Shown here piece by piece: positions 25,040 to 37,829 of a stretch of 64,000 nucleotides of DNA; the first letter of the stretch is position 1; every line of letters begins with the position of its first letter. The DNA is from Octopus vulgaris (Eukaryota): positions 3,596,001 through 3,660,000 of the forward strand of contig OX597833.1 of NCBI GenBank assembly GCA_951406725.2, given 5' to 3'. The position numbers were made by a program, and so were the translations under genes. Below the pieces are notes generated by a model. That model did not search any database, was not told where the DNA came from, and saw only the letters and a list, made by a program, of their open reading frames with translations.

Positions 25040-26520
25040 GAAGAAAGATAGGCAGATAAATTATAAGAGAGAAGTGACAAGTGGCGAAAAGAAGGAAGAC
25101 GGATGTTGAGAGAGAAATTGTAGAGAATATATAAGACAAAGGAAAAACAGGAGAAAGTTGAAAAATGATATGAAGGAGACATGAAAGCAGTTTGAGAGAA
25201 AGAATGGGGGGGAAAAAAGGGAGTAAGTGAATGAGAGAATAGAAGACAGGAGAGAAGAGAAAATAAGGTTTGGATATGAAAGAGGGAAAAGAAAATATGG
25301 AAGTCTGTAAAGAATATGAAAGGTGAAAGAGTGTAAAGGAATCTGTATAAATGTGAGGGAGGGGGAGGAATTGTAAAAAGGGATTGGTGAGAGATTATGT
25401 GATATGTGACAGAGGGTGGTGGATTGTAAGAGAGAGGCGAGAGGGAGAACGTATGCAAAAGAGAGGGTAGGAGAATGAAAAGGGAGAGGTGAGAGATTAT
25501 AAGAGACAGGGTAAGAATGTAAGAGAGAGGGTGATAGAATAGAAGACAGAGGAGGGGGTATGTAAAACGATAAAGAGAGGATGAGAAAATGTAAAAGGAA
25601 GAAGTAAAGAATTATAAGAGAAAGAGAGAGAGAGTGAAAGGAAGAGGAGAGATGATGAAAAAAGAAAAGGTTGCAGAATGTCAAAGGGAAAGGTTAGAGA
25701 ATATAAGAGAAAGGATGATAATGTCAAAGAAAGAGAAAGTAATGTAAAAGGGAGAGGTGAGAGGATGTAAAAGAGAGGGTAAGAGAATATAGGAGAGAGA
25801 GAATGTAAACGAATAAGAAGAGTGTGAAGTAGTTGGTGAGTGTGAATAGAGATATTATAAGATATGAGAGAGGGTGAGAGAGAGAGGAAGTCGTAGTAGG
25901 GGACAGAGTGTATGCAAGTGCGGTAGCGAGTAGGAGTGTAGATGAAGGGGAGAGAGAGTGAGAATATGTGAGAGAGAGGGAAGAGATAAGATACATGAAT
26001 GTCATGTGATTTGGCATTTGACAGGCGGAGAGAGAAAGAGGGTAAGAGCAAGGGGAAAAGATGAGGGGAGAGAGAAAGAGAGAGGGAGATGCTTGGTGGA
26101 AGTAGGAGGGTAAAGGAGTGGAGTAGAAAGAGAGGAAAGCGTATGGATATAGAGAAGAGGAAAGTGAAGGAGATAAATGATGAAATAGAGAGAGGGAGAG
26201 AGGGAGTGAAATGAAGGGTCATAAGGAGAGAAAGCGAGAGAGGGGGAGGGCTACAGTAACAATGTGAAGCATCAGAGTGTGTGTGGGTATGGATGGAGAA
26301 AGGGGAAAGAAATGGCGAGTAGGAAGAGAGAGAGAGAGAGAGAGAGAGTAAATGAGGGAGATAGGGGCGATGAAAAGTTAATTATAGCGCAGGAGACGGG
26401 GGGGGGGGAATATGGAGAGAAAGATGTGATAATTAGGAGAGTGGAAAAAAAGAATGAAAAGTCGAAAATGAGAAAGTGGACAATAGCGAAACGAGAAAGG
26501 AGGTATAAGTGAAAAAATGA
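25040..26520. repeat. 1.5-kb polypurine (GA-rich) tract
   Basis: Very few C on the + strand. Confidence 0.85.
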
Positions 26521-26619
26521 GATAAGACAAGGCATAGAGCGCGCGCGTGTGTGTGTGTGTGTCGTCTGGCAAGTTTTAATGAGTGTCGTACACGAAACTC
26601 GCAGCCCTTGCATCACACT

Positions 26620-26853
26620 TTTACTCTTTTTTACTCTTTTACTTGTTTCAGTCATTTGACTGCGGCCATGCTGGAGCACCGCCTTTAATAGAGCAAACTC
26701 GACCGACCCCGGGACTTATTCTTTTGTAAGCCCAGTACTTATTCTATCGGTCTCTTTTTGCCGAACCGCTAAGTAACGAGGACATAAACACACCAGCATC
26801 GGTTGTCAAGCAAGGCTAGAGGGACAAACACAGACACACAAACACACACACGC

Positions 26854-26903
<50 letters not shown>

Positions 26904-27066
26904 GACGGGCTTCTTTCAGTTTCCGTCTACCAAATCCACTCACAAGGCTTTGGTCGGCCCGGGGCAATAGCAGAAGACACTTGCCCAAGATGCCACGCAG
27001 TGCGACTGAACCCGGAACCATGTGGCTGGTAAGCAAGCTACTTACCACACAGCCATTCCTGCGCCT
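26620..27066 (-). mobile_element. SINE family A, full length
   Basis: Reverse complement of family A. Confidence 0.85.
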
Positions 27067-27084
27067 ATGTAAGCTCTGCTTATT

Positions 27085-27121
<37 letters not shown>

Positions 27122-27463
27122 TATTCTTTTAATCTTTTGCTTCAGTCATCTTGACTGCGGCCATGCTGGAGCACCGCCTTGAGTCGAACAAATCGACCCC
27201 AGGACTTAATCTTTATAGGACAAATACATACATACAAATTGTATGTATGCATTTGTCCCCCAAACCATCGCTTCACAACCGATGTTAGTGTGTTTACGTC
27301 CCCGTAACTTAGCGGTTCGGCAAAAGACACCGATAGAATAAGTACTAGGCTTACAAAGAATAAGTCCTGGCGTCGATTTGTACGACTCAATGCGGTGCTC
27401 TAGCATGGCCGCAGTCAAGATGACTGAAGCAAAAGATACACACAAATACATGCATACATACAA

Positions 27464-27506
<43 letters not shown>

Positions 27507-27583
27507 TACATACATACATACACACATACATACATACATACACACATACATACATACATACATACATACATACATGCATATAT

Positions 27584-27790
27584 AAGTTGAAATTTACAGA
27601 AAAACAAAAGACGAAGACAGGTGTATAAACAATAAACAGGTGTATTAGTTAAACGCTCGGGAAGGAGAGAAAGTCTTTTACATTTCGAGCCTACGCTCTT
27701 CAACAGAAAGGAACACGGGGAAATAAACAGAGAGAGAATAAAAAGAAAACTTTTGGAGCTAGCGGTCAATCATGGCGGCTGGCTGGACAA
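27584..27790 (-). mobile_element. Probable Penelope-like element end with a minimal hammerhead-like motif (27675-27710)
   Basis: Minus strand CTTT-CTGTTGA-AGAGC GTAG GCTC-GAAA-TGTA-AAAG; same layout as 45730-45935; abuts a microsatellite. Confidence 0.55.
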
Positions 27791-28067
27791 AATTAAATAA
27801 TTTTTAATTAAATTTTCTGAAGGACTGGAATAGAAACAGCTGTAAGGGATATTTATCAATTTTTTAATTGATAAATAATAATTTATTAATTATCTCTCTA
27901 TTTTCTCATCTTAAGAAATAAATATATATAAACCACAGTTTATATAGTTACCTTACAGTTGAGTATTAAATGTAATTGTTCAATATTCTTTGTAAAGGGA
28001 ACTAACCAGTACTTTCATAGGATTTTGCTATTCCTTCATGAGGTTTGTAGCCTTTTATTGTGCTTAT

Positions 28068-28204
<137 letters not shown>

Positions 28205-28470
28205 CGTTAATATTGAACAGTGAGATGTTCTCAACTATGCATTGGTGGATAAATATTCTTTATTTGTAGACTGACAAGGCACCCAATAGTTTCATATTAA
28301 TAGAGATATATCACTTAACAATTATCGACCCTATTGCATGGGACAGTTGGTATTCGTTTTTATCTTGGATGAAAACACAATAAAGTGTGTGTGTGTGTAA
28401 CAGTTTGAGTCAGTGTCATTTGACTTAAAGTCTCGTGGGCGCAGGATACGTCCATCTCATCAGTGTCCTA

Positions 28471-28522
28471 GCATCTGATGAGATGGGTGTGCTCTACGCG
28501 CCAACGAAACTTCAAGTCATGC
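28471..28522 (+). ncRNA. Type I hammerhead ribozyme motif, predicted cleavage after GUC at 28518
   Basis: Stem I GCAT/ATGC; core CTGATGA (28475-28481); imperfect stem II closed by G-C; GAAA (28506-28509); stem III ACT-TCA-AGT; C17. Confidence 0.75.
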
Positions 28523-28616
28523 GAAGCTGAGTTCAGCTGTTATGAAAAATACATAGCTCCGATCAAATTTGTTCAGTGCTACTTTCTTTCATTTTTTTCA
28601 CTCACTCGTGCGCGCC

Positions 28617-28618
<2 letters not shown>

Positions 28619-28699
<81 letters not shown>
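28619..28699. repeat. (TG)n microsatellite
   Basis: Direct reading. Confidence 0.95.
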
Positions 28700-28701
<2 letters not shown>

Positions 28702-28994
28702 GGACATATAATTTAAGCTGTGTCCTCGTGAAACACATCTGCATATTCCAGTAATCCAATGCACTGGTTGTTCGGGATAAATTTGACAGTTTGCATAAAA
28801 GAGAAAACGAAATAGAATATCTCATCCAAAGATAAGAAGTATTTTAGAAAAACCAAACATATCAACGAGATTGTGGCTGGGAGATAACACTTTACCAAAA
28901 GCAGTCGTCCTCAACTGTCACCACTGCATCAAGACGGTTCCAGAACCTGGCGTATGCATTTCTCACTGTCTCCTTAGGAAGATCCTCAAACACC

Positions 28995-29411
28995 TATTTC
29001 TTTACTACCCGCAAGGGGCTAAACACATACGAGACAAGCAAGGACAGACAAACTGATTAAGCCGATTACATCGACCCCAGTGCGTAACTGGTACTTAATT
29101 TATCGACACCGAAAGGATGAAAGGCAAAGTCGACCTCGGCAGAATTTGAACTCAGAATGTAACGGCAGACGAAATACTTATTTCTTTACTACCCACAAAG
29201 GGCTAAACACAGAGGAGACAAGCAAGGACGGACAAACTGATTAAGCTGATTACATCGACCCCAGTGCATAACTGGTACTTAATTTATCGACCCCGAAAGG
29301 ATGAAAGGCAAAGTCGACCTCGGCGGAATTTAAACTCAGAACGTAGCGGCAGACGAAATGCCGCAAAGCATTTCACCCGGCGTGCTAACGGTTCTGCCAG
29401 CTCGCCGCCTT
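28995..29411 (-). mobile_element. SINE family B with duplicated body
   Basis: Two tandem reverse-complement family B bodies and one head. Confidence 0.85.
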
Positions 29412-29419
29412 ATATATCC

Positions 29420-30051
29420 TCAAATACCGCCTTGATCTTCGTATTGCGGACAGAGCAGTCGGTCTTTCTCAACCACGCCCCACACATAGTACCTGTGGGA
29501 ATACAATCGGGGAAATGAGACAGTCAGAAACCGGGGTTTGTGAAGTCGTAGAAATTCTCCAACGACCACTTCTGGCTCTCTCTGGAGGTATGGCAACGAG
29601 CCGAATCCTACTGCCACACATATGGCCTTCCAGCAGCAACCCTCTTCAGTTAGGGTTCGATCACAGTGCCCAGCAGCTTCATATAGCCGTCTGAATTGGG
29701 CCTAAGGTTCTCTTCATCAGTTGTTGGATGAGTTCTGGCGTGTGGACGCAGTCAAAACGCCTGCGAAGTCCTTTCATGCTGGCCACGGCTTCGTAGTCTC
29801 CGTTGCAGCTGTCCATGTCACGTCTTACAGTCTTTACAAAGGCTCAAAGACCATTGAGCGGTAATCATGATATTGTTAACTGTTTTCCATTATTCAGGTG
29901 GTTTCCAGTCCTCCATTTCAGCCTTTTCCCCAACTACAGCTTCAATCTTTATGCTCTTCAACGCCGTTGACTACCCACCACTACACCAAGCTGTTCCAGA
30001 CAAAAAAAAAAAGAAACATACAAAATCGTCAAATTTAGTCCAAACACCCTG
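29420..30051 (-). mobile_element. Internally deleted, decayed Tc1/mariner transposon
   Basis: Minus strand encodes RPYVWQ*DSARCHTSRESQKW..ENFYDFT..PDC..YYVWGVVEK (relics of QQDxAPxH and WPPxSPDxNP motifs) with stops and frameshifts; terminus CAGGGTG at 30051. Confidence 0.75.
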
Positions 30052-30104
30052 CATGTCTGTAGATGTTTTGTTTTAAATGGCAAAAATCATACATTATAAG
30101 TCAC

Positions 30105-30527
30105 TCTTACTCTTTTACTCTTTTATTTGTTTCAGTCATTTGACTGTGGCCATGCTGGAGCACCGCCTTTAGTCGAGCAAATCGACCCCCAGGACTTATT
30201 CTTTGTAAGCCTAGTACTTATTCTATCAGTCGTTTTTGCCGAACCGCTAAGTTACGCGGACGTAAACACACCAGCATCAGTTGTCAAGCGATGTTGGGGG
30301 GACAAACACAGACACACAAACATATACACACACATACATGCATATATATATATACATATATACGACGGGCTTCTTTCAGTTTCCGTCTACTAAATCCACT
30401 CACAAGGCTTTGGTCGGCCCGAGGCTATAGTAGAAAACACTTGCCCAAGGTGCAACGCTGTGGGACTGAACCCGGAACCGTGTGGTTGGTAAGCAAGCTA
30501 CTTACCACACAGCCACTCCTACGCCTA
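30105..30527 (-). mobile_element. SINE family A, full length
   Basis: Reverse complement of family A. Confidence 0.85.
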
Positions 30528-30751
30528 GAAGTTGAGATTCTTGGAGTATTATATTTGCAGAGAAAGTACGTATTAAAACGAAGACTGAGATATGTGATAC
30601 TATTTTAATTCTGTGTTACACATGTTTCATTACAACAACGGAAATATATTTTATGAATATAAATATTGGTTTCAAATTTTTTGCACAAGGCCAGCAATTT
30701 CGGCGGAGGAGTAAGTCGATTAGATCGACTCCAGTACTCAACTGGTACTTG

Positions 30752-31171
30752 GGATCTTTTCGGTTTGACCGGCAGTTTTTAACATAATTTCTAGGTAACT
30801 AAAAAATTATAAACTTCGTATACTGGTAGAATGTGTTTATAAAACATCTTTTTCTCTTGGCGTTATTGAGGAAATTCTATAGTTTGTAAGATATTTGTTG
30901 CTTTTTTTCTTCAATTTCTGCAATTTCAACCAATCACTGACGTCTATTGAGGTAAAAAGCATTCTGTGTCGTATGAATGTCCCTCGTTTAAGAAACAGAT
31001 TGGATTTATTTACATTTGTGAAGAAAAAAGATACCCTTCCCCCACCCCTAACTCTAACCCTAACCCTAAAACAGATTGAAATGCAATAGATCGATACTAG
31101 GGTCATAATTATGGATGACAATTTCATATGACACCGCTAGAAAAAAACTGCCGTTCAAACCGAAAAGATCC
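30752..31171. mobile_element. Non-autonomous DNA transposon (Merlin-like MITE) inserted into a family B SINE
   Basis: TIRs GGATCTTTTCGGTTTGA.CGGCAGTTTTT / AAAAACTGCCGTTCAAACCGAAAAGATCC; 8-bp flanks GGTACTTG/GGTAATTG; internal (CCCTAA)n. Confidence 0.8.
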
Positions 31172-31670
31172 GGTAATTGTTTTTTCGACTCCAAAGGAAT
31201 GAAAGGCAAAGTCCACCTGGGCGGAATTTGAACTCAAAGCGTAAAGACGGACGAAATGCCGCTAAGCATTTTGCCCGTCACGCTAACGATTCTGCCAGCT
31301 TGCTCCCATTTGATTTCAAATTTTGGCACAAGGCCAGCAATTTCGGGGGAAGGGTTAAGTCGATTACATCCCCCCTCCCCCAGTTATCTTACCGATCCCG
31401 AAAGGATGAAATATTAATACAGGTACTCAATGCTTTAACCGGAAATCTAAAATCCAGAAAGCCCCCAAAAACCGAACTTTTTTCTAAAGGGTGTAGCTGT
31501 ATGGTATATCGTCAGATCCCAAAACCTGTTGGCCCATCTGACGATACGCCATAAAGCTAAACCCTTCACGGACGGGAAACCTAAGGTAATCCCATAATCC
31601 GGCTTTACACATATTTAATATATACAGTTCTACATCTTAGAGAGTGCTTCTTCTTTCGGTTATATACATA

Positions 31671-31702
<32 letters not shown>

Positions 31703-32004
31703 TATATATGACTTGTTTCAGTCATTTGACAGTGGCCATGCTGGAGCACTGCCTTTAGTCGAGCAAATCGACCCCAGGACTTATTCTTTGTAAGCCTAGT
31801 ACTTATTCAATCGGTCTCTTTTGCCGAACCACTAAGTTACGGGGACGTAAATACACACACACACACACACACCGTATATAGGTTTGATAAGTACTAACGC
31901 ACAAAACTCTTGTACCTTGAGTCACTCCTGGTAAATATTAATAAAAATATATACGTATATTTACACATGTATGTATGTATGATGTATGTATATATGTATG
32001 TATG

Positions 32005-32038
<34 letters not shown>

Positions 32039-32686
32039 TGTATGTATGTATATATATATATATATATATATGAATCTATCAGTCAACTTGAGTCAATTTG
32101 TGTATAATATACAGATATCATTGGTTAATATACATTTATATATTTATACATACATGCACACATACACACACACGTGGGTGGGGGTTGCGCGAAGGTGCGT
32201 GCATTGGATAGATAATAAAGGGTGGGGTCTCTAATTTCTAAAAGACTCGGCGTTAAAAGATGTCGAGGTTGAAATGAGAAAAATAAAAGAAAGAAGCGAA
32301 GAACAAAGACGTCGAAGAACAAGAAGAAGTCAAAGTAAGTTCCCAGCAGAGGTACCCATATTTGGAAGAAGCGGGTAGAATGTACCAATGGCAGTGCTGA
32401 GAGAGAGAGGGAGTGAGAGAGAGGCAGAGAGAGAGAATGGTCGTATGGCGGTTTGGTTCTGTCAGCTTCACTGACTGGAAGTCGGCGCCAGAAACGGTTG
32501 AGTGTAGAAATAGAGAAGGTTAGATGAATAGAGTGAGAGGGAAAGAAGAGAGAGAGAGGTGATTGATAGAGAGGGAAATGGGGAATGGTATGTGTGTGTA
32601 GGAAGGAGGAGTGGAAGGTGTGAGAGAGTAAGAGTGAAGGAGAGGCAGAGAATTGAAAGGGAGAGCGAGCTAGCTTGAGGGAGGGA

Positions 32687-33112
<426 letters not shown>

Positions 33113-33496
33113 AAGAGAGATGTGGCTAGACAGATAGATTGATATAAAGGCTGTGCTATCGACAGCTAGCTAGATAAAAGGGGAGAAAGAGAGTGTTGTG
33201 GGTTAGTGTGTGTGTGTTTGTACGAGAAGAAAGACAAGAAATGGCGAAAAGAGAGCAGAACACGAGGCGAGGGAGAGAGATTACCGAAATTTAATGGCTT
33301 CTGAATTAGGACAAGGCCAAGCGGTTTTGAGAGGATGGAGGGGAGGGGGTTAATCAATCTAATCGACCCCAGTACTTGACTGGGACTTTTATTTTATCGT
33401 CGGAGGGGGTTAAAAAAGGGGCAGTTGACCACGGCGGTATTTGAACTCAGAATCTACAAAGATTTCACAAGGAGACAAATGATGTATAGAAAATAT

Positions 33497-33658
33497 AGCG
33501 GAGTGGCTGTGTGGTAAGTAGCTTGTCTACCAACCACATGGTTCCGGGTTCAGTCCCACTGCGTGGCACCTTGGGCAAGTGTCTTCTACTATAGCCCCGG
33601 ACCGACCAATGCCTTGTGAATGGATTTGGTAGACGGAAACTGAAAGAAGCCTGCCGTA

Positions 33659-33689
<31 letters not shown>

Positions 33690-33920
33690 GTATGCATGTG
33701 TGTGTTTGTGTGTCTGTGTTTGTCCCCCTTGCATTGCTTGACAACCGATGCTGGTGTGTTTATGTCCCCGTCACTTAGCGGTTCGGCAAAAGAGACCGAT
33801 AGAAATAAGTACTGGGCTTACAAAAAAGAATAAGTCCCGGGGTCGAGTTGCTCGACTAAAGGCGGTGCTCCAGCATGGCCGCAGTCAAATGACTGAAACA
33901 AGTAAAAGAGTAAAAGAGTT
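33497..33920 (+). mobile_element. SINE family A, full length
   Basis: Family A head and tail. Confidence 0.85.
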
Positions 33921-34230
33921 ACAAGATGCAATGAATTATGTTTGGGGTTTCGGAGAGTTTGGTCAGCTTCTCCCTCCTTCGCATACATTCTTCCTTTTTC
34001 TCTTTCTGTGAACATTCTCCCTTAATTTTATGTTTCATTTTAATCGTCAAACTCCCTCCTACATTTGTCTTTAAACTTCCTCCCGCGCTCATGTTTAACC
34101 CTCTTCACGTGTAACTCTGCCAGCCTCCAGCAAATTCTCTCTCTCTCTTGTTAAACTCTTGTCTTACACTATTTAATTTCTTTTTAATTTCTTCAGTTTC
34201 TCCATCTCTCCCTCAAGTTTTCTTCTTATT

Positions 34231-34264
<34 letters not shown>

Positions 34265-34546
34265 CAAACTTTACATTTGAGGAAAATTACCACGCACGCA
34301 AACACGTTCTCACTAAAGGTTTCACATGAATGAATCGATTCTAAATTCTAGCTTTGCTCCAAAACAACTTCACAGACTAACATTCAGGTTTCAATAACCC
34401 GAGAACTGCGTTTTCTACCCAGCTGGGTATCATTATTAGCCTTGGTGCGGGTCAGCCAAATGCAGCCTCTAGACCAGTCGAGTTCGTTATACCTATCCCT
34501 GTCTGGAGTTCTCTTGCCTCTCTCCTTCTCTCCTCCCCCTCTCAAT

Positions 34547-34590
<44 letters not shown>

Positions 34591-35932
34591 TATACGGCGG
34601 CCTTTTCCTCTCGTTTCTACACTCTTACTTCACTTTTCTTTTACTTGTTTCAGTCATTTGACTGCGGCCATGCTGGAGCACCGCCTTTTAGTCGAGCAAA
34701 TCGCCCCCGGGACTTTATTCCAAAGTAATTGTGGTGTCATTGACGGGATCAGCTTTTTGTAGATAATCGGACATAAAAGACCACATTTAGTCTTGACTTT
34801 CATTTGAACTCGCGAACACGAAATTTGCTGGTGTTCCTGCTGCTGCTGTTGTTGTTGTAAGGGTGATTAGGTGATGGTCTAGGGCTTAGGGGCGAGAGAT
34901 CCCAGACCTTGGAGAAAAAAAAAACTTTGGTCGTCTTGTTGTAGTCGAGGGCTCTTCGTTGACGCCCGGCACCACTGGGAGGTGGCCCTCGAAGTCGCTG
35001 GAAATGGAGATCTCCAGGTTCAAATTCTTGGACGGCTTGTGTTGCTGTTGATAAAGTGAGTCAATTACTTAAAATAACTTAAAATAGTTGATTTAAATGA
35101 AATTAAGGTGGAGTTGAATTTCATGAATTCTAGGACAAGTGACGGCACAAAGAAATGTAGTCGTCTCTGCTTTGAGTTATTCGTCAGAAATTAACAAGAA
35201 TGCGATTAGTAATTTAAGGAGAAATTAAAGAAATATGATTTAAAATAGAAATACAATTGCAAAGTTTTAAAAAAGGCGTAAATGATATTGTGACCAGCAT
35301 AAGCATAAAGAAACAAGAGATGTGAACATGTAAAAAAATTGGTGGGTGGGAAAGAAACTGAAAGAAAAGGCGACAGGAAGAGTGAAGAACGTGGGAAGAG
35401 AGAAAGAAAGTGAAAGTGGAGAGAATTGGAAAAGCGAGAGGGAGAGAGAGAGAGAGAGAGTCAAGTAAGGGGAAGTAAGTGATGGTAATAGAGATCGTCG
35501 TCGTCTTCGATTAGCGTCCGCTTTCCATGCTGGCATGGGTTGGACGGTGCAACTGGGGTCTGGGAAGCCAGAAGGTTGCACCAGGCCCAGTCTGATCTGG
35601 CAGTGTTTTTACGGCTGGATACCCTTCCTAACGCCAACCACTCCGTGAGTGTAGTGGGTGCTTTTTACGTGCCACCGGCACGGAGGCCAGGCGAGGCTGG
35701 CGAACGGCCACGATCGGATGGTGCTTTTTACGTGCCACCGGCACGGGGTCAGGCGAGGCTAGGGAAAGAAAGAAAAGGCAGTGAAAGTGAGACATGGGAA
35801 AAAAGATATGAGGAGACAAAAAGAAGAGATATAGAGAGGCAGGGAGGAGGTAGAGGATTTAACTGTAGTACAGTGATAAGAATGAGAGAGAAAGAAAGAG
35901 ATGCTGTAAATGAAAAAGAGAAATAAAGGGAA

Positions 35933-35993
<61 letters not shown>

Positions 35994-36265
35994 TTGGAAG
36001 CAGTAAAACTTTTAATGAGAACCAGGAAGAAATACAGAAGTGAAATAAAAGCTTCAGCAATGTGGTGGCAGCAGAGAACAGGCGATTGCTACATATACTG
36101 AAATAGGAAAAAGTTCAACATCTGCAGATGCAATGCTTGGATACCTCGCCAGAGTTGTATCTTGGGCTCATTAGGTGGGTCGGGTCTTACAGCGTACCCT
36201 CTAGTACAGGCGTTCCATTTTCGGTTATTTAAGCCTAGACTTGTGTCCAAAAGGATATTCCAAAA

Positions 36266-36495
36266 GGCGGCGAGCTGGCAGAAACGTTAGCACACCGGGC
36301 GAAATGCTTAGCGGTATTGCGTCTGTCGTTGCGTTCTGAGTTCAAATTCCGCCGAGGTCGACTTTGCCTTTCATCCTTTCGGGGTCGATAAATTAAGTAC
36401 CAGTTACGCACTGGGGTCGATATAATCGACTTAATCCGTTTGTCTGTCCTTGTTTATCTCCTTTATGTTTAGCCCCTCGTGGGCAATAAAGAAAC
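36266..36495 (+). mobile_element. SINE family B, full length
   Basis: Family B head, core and tail. Confidence 0.85.
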
Positions 36496-36649
36496 AGATA
36501 TTCTTTTGGCTCTGTCCATTACCTCTTTTCAAACAGAACCTTCTAAACGCTTTCTCAGTAGCCTTTACGTTGTTCTTGACGATTCTTCTTCTGCTCATTC
36601 CTAAAATACTCAGAATTCAATAGGCTTTATTCAGGATATTGTTGTTTGT

Positions 36650-36910
36650 TCCTTCTCGAGCCATTCCTGGATCATGAGGTTTCCCGGTTTCCCGGTTTCA
36701 TCGCCGCTCCGTCGTCGGTGAGCTGCTAGATGCAGGAGGAAAGAGTGAGAGAAAGTCGTGGCGGAAAGGTCAGCAGAAATTCCCCATAACCTTATACCGG
36801 AGCCGCGTGGAGCTTAGGTGTTTCGCTCATAAACATACACATCGCCCGATCTGAGATTTGAACCCACGATCCCTCGACCGCTGCTCTAACCACTAGGCCA
36901 TGTGCCTCCA
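36650..36910 (-). mobile_element. SINE family D
   Basis: tRNA-like head plus body shared with 55130-55423. Confidence 0.8.
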
Positions 36911-37124
36911 CTTTACTCAGAGTACGACCTGCAAATCCACCAATTCTTGCAACATTCTTTTACCAACCCCTAATTTCAGATCTCCTTATTTGAGCTCTCC
37001 TTCATTTGCGTTTTCTCTACCCTCTCATCCCAGAGCACAGTTAACTCCACTAGGAGTAGCTGTCTGGTTGCCTCGTAAACCAAGATGACATCAGGTCATA
37101 ACACACACTCACACACACACGCAT

Positions 37125-37829
37125 CAGTAGCGTAACCAGGTTCTAAAGTCAGTGGGAGCGAGCTTATAGAAAAAGACGCTGGGACACGTACCAAACAGTT
37201 TTAACTCACTTCTCTTACATCAAATATTTTATTAATTACAATATACTTAATTGCATTCTGCATTCATTAATTCCATGTTTCAGCAACACTGTTGTTATGT
37301 ATGAAACTTGTAATTACCGATAGAGGTGTGAGGTGGAAAAAGAGGAAACTCCACAGGACCGTCCGTTGTTGAGAGATTATGACGGCAGGGTTTGTACTGA
37401 TTTTTAAGACGTTAGCGGCCACCAACGTATCAGAGAAGATTGACCAGACAGTTCAAAAGCACAAGTAATTGGTTACATAGATCAGACAGTTCAGAAGCAC
37501 AAGTAATTTGATACATAGATCAGCCAGTTCAAAAGCACAAGTAATTGGTTACATAGATCAGACAGTTCAGAAGCACAAGTAATTTGATACATAGATCAGG
37601 CAGTTCAAAAGCACAAGTAATTGGTTACATAAAGTCAAGACTCCAGAAGGATCTTGGAAGGACATACGATTAACAGAGAGAGAGAGAGCGGGGAGATGAT
37701 CGACTTTTATCATACAAATGAACAAAAGGGTTTAAAAAAAATTGTTTAAAAGGCGCAACGCAAGTTTAGAAAAATGTATCCATGGGGAGCGGTCGCCCCT
37801 CTTGTTCTCCTATTAGCTACACGCCACTG
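37125..37829. mobile_element. hAT-like non-autonomous element
   Basis: Termini CAGTAGCGT / ACGCCACTG; flanks ACACGCAT / ATACACAT (6 of 8 match). Confidence 0.55.
37445..37632. repeat. 38-bp minisatellite, 5 copies in alternating A/B variants
   Basis: CAGACAGTTCAAAAGCACAAGTAATTGGTTACATAGAT alternating with CAGACAGTTCAGAAGCACAAGTAATTTGATACATAGAT. Confidence 0.95.

Noticed and set aside
24847-26222. 200-240 aa minus-strand ORFs
   Set aside because: Low-complexity CT-rich translation with no domain
37445-37632. CRISPR-like array of ~38-bp units
   Set aside because: Units are contiguous with no unique spacers; eukaryotic context; no cas genes
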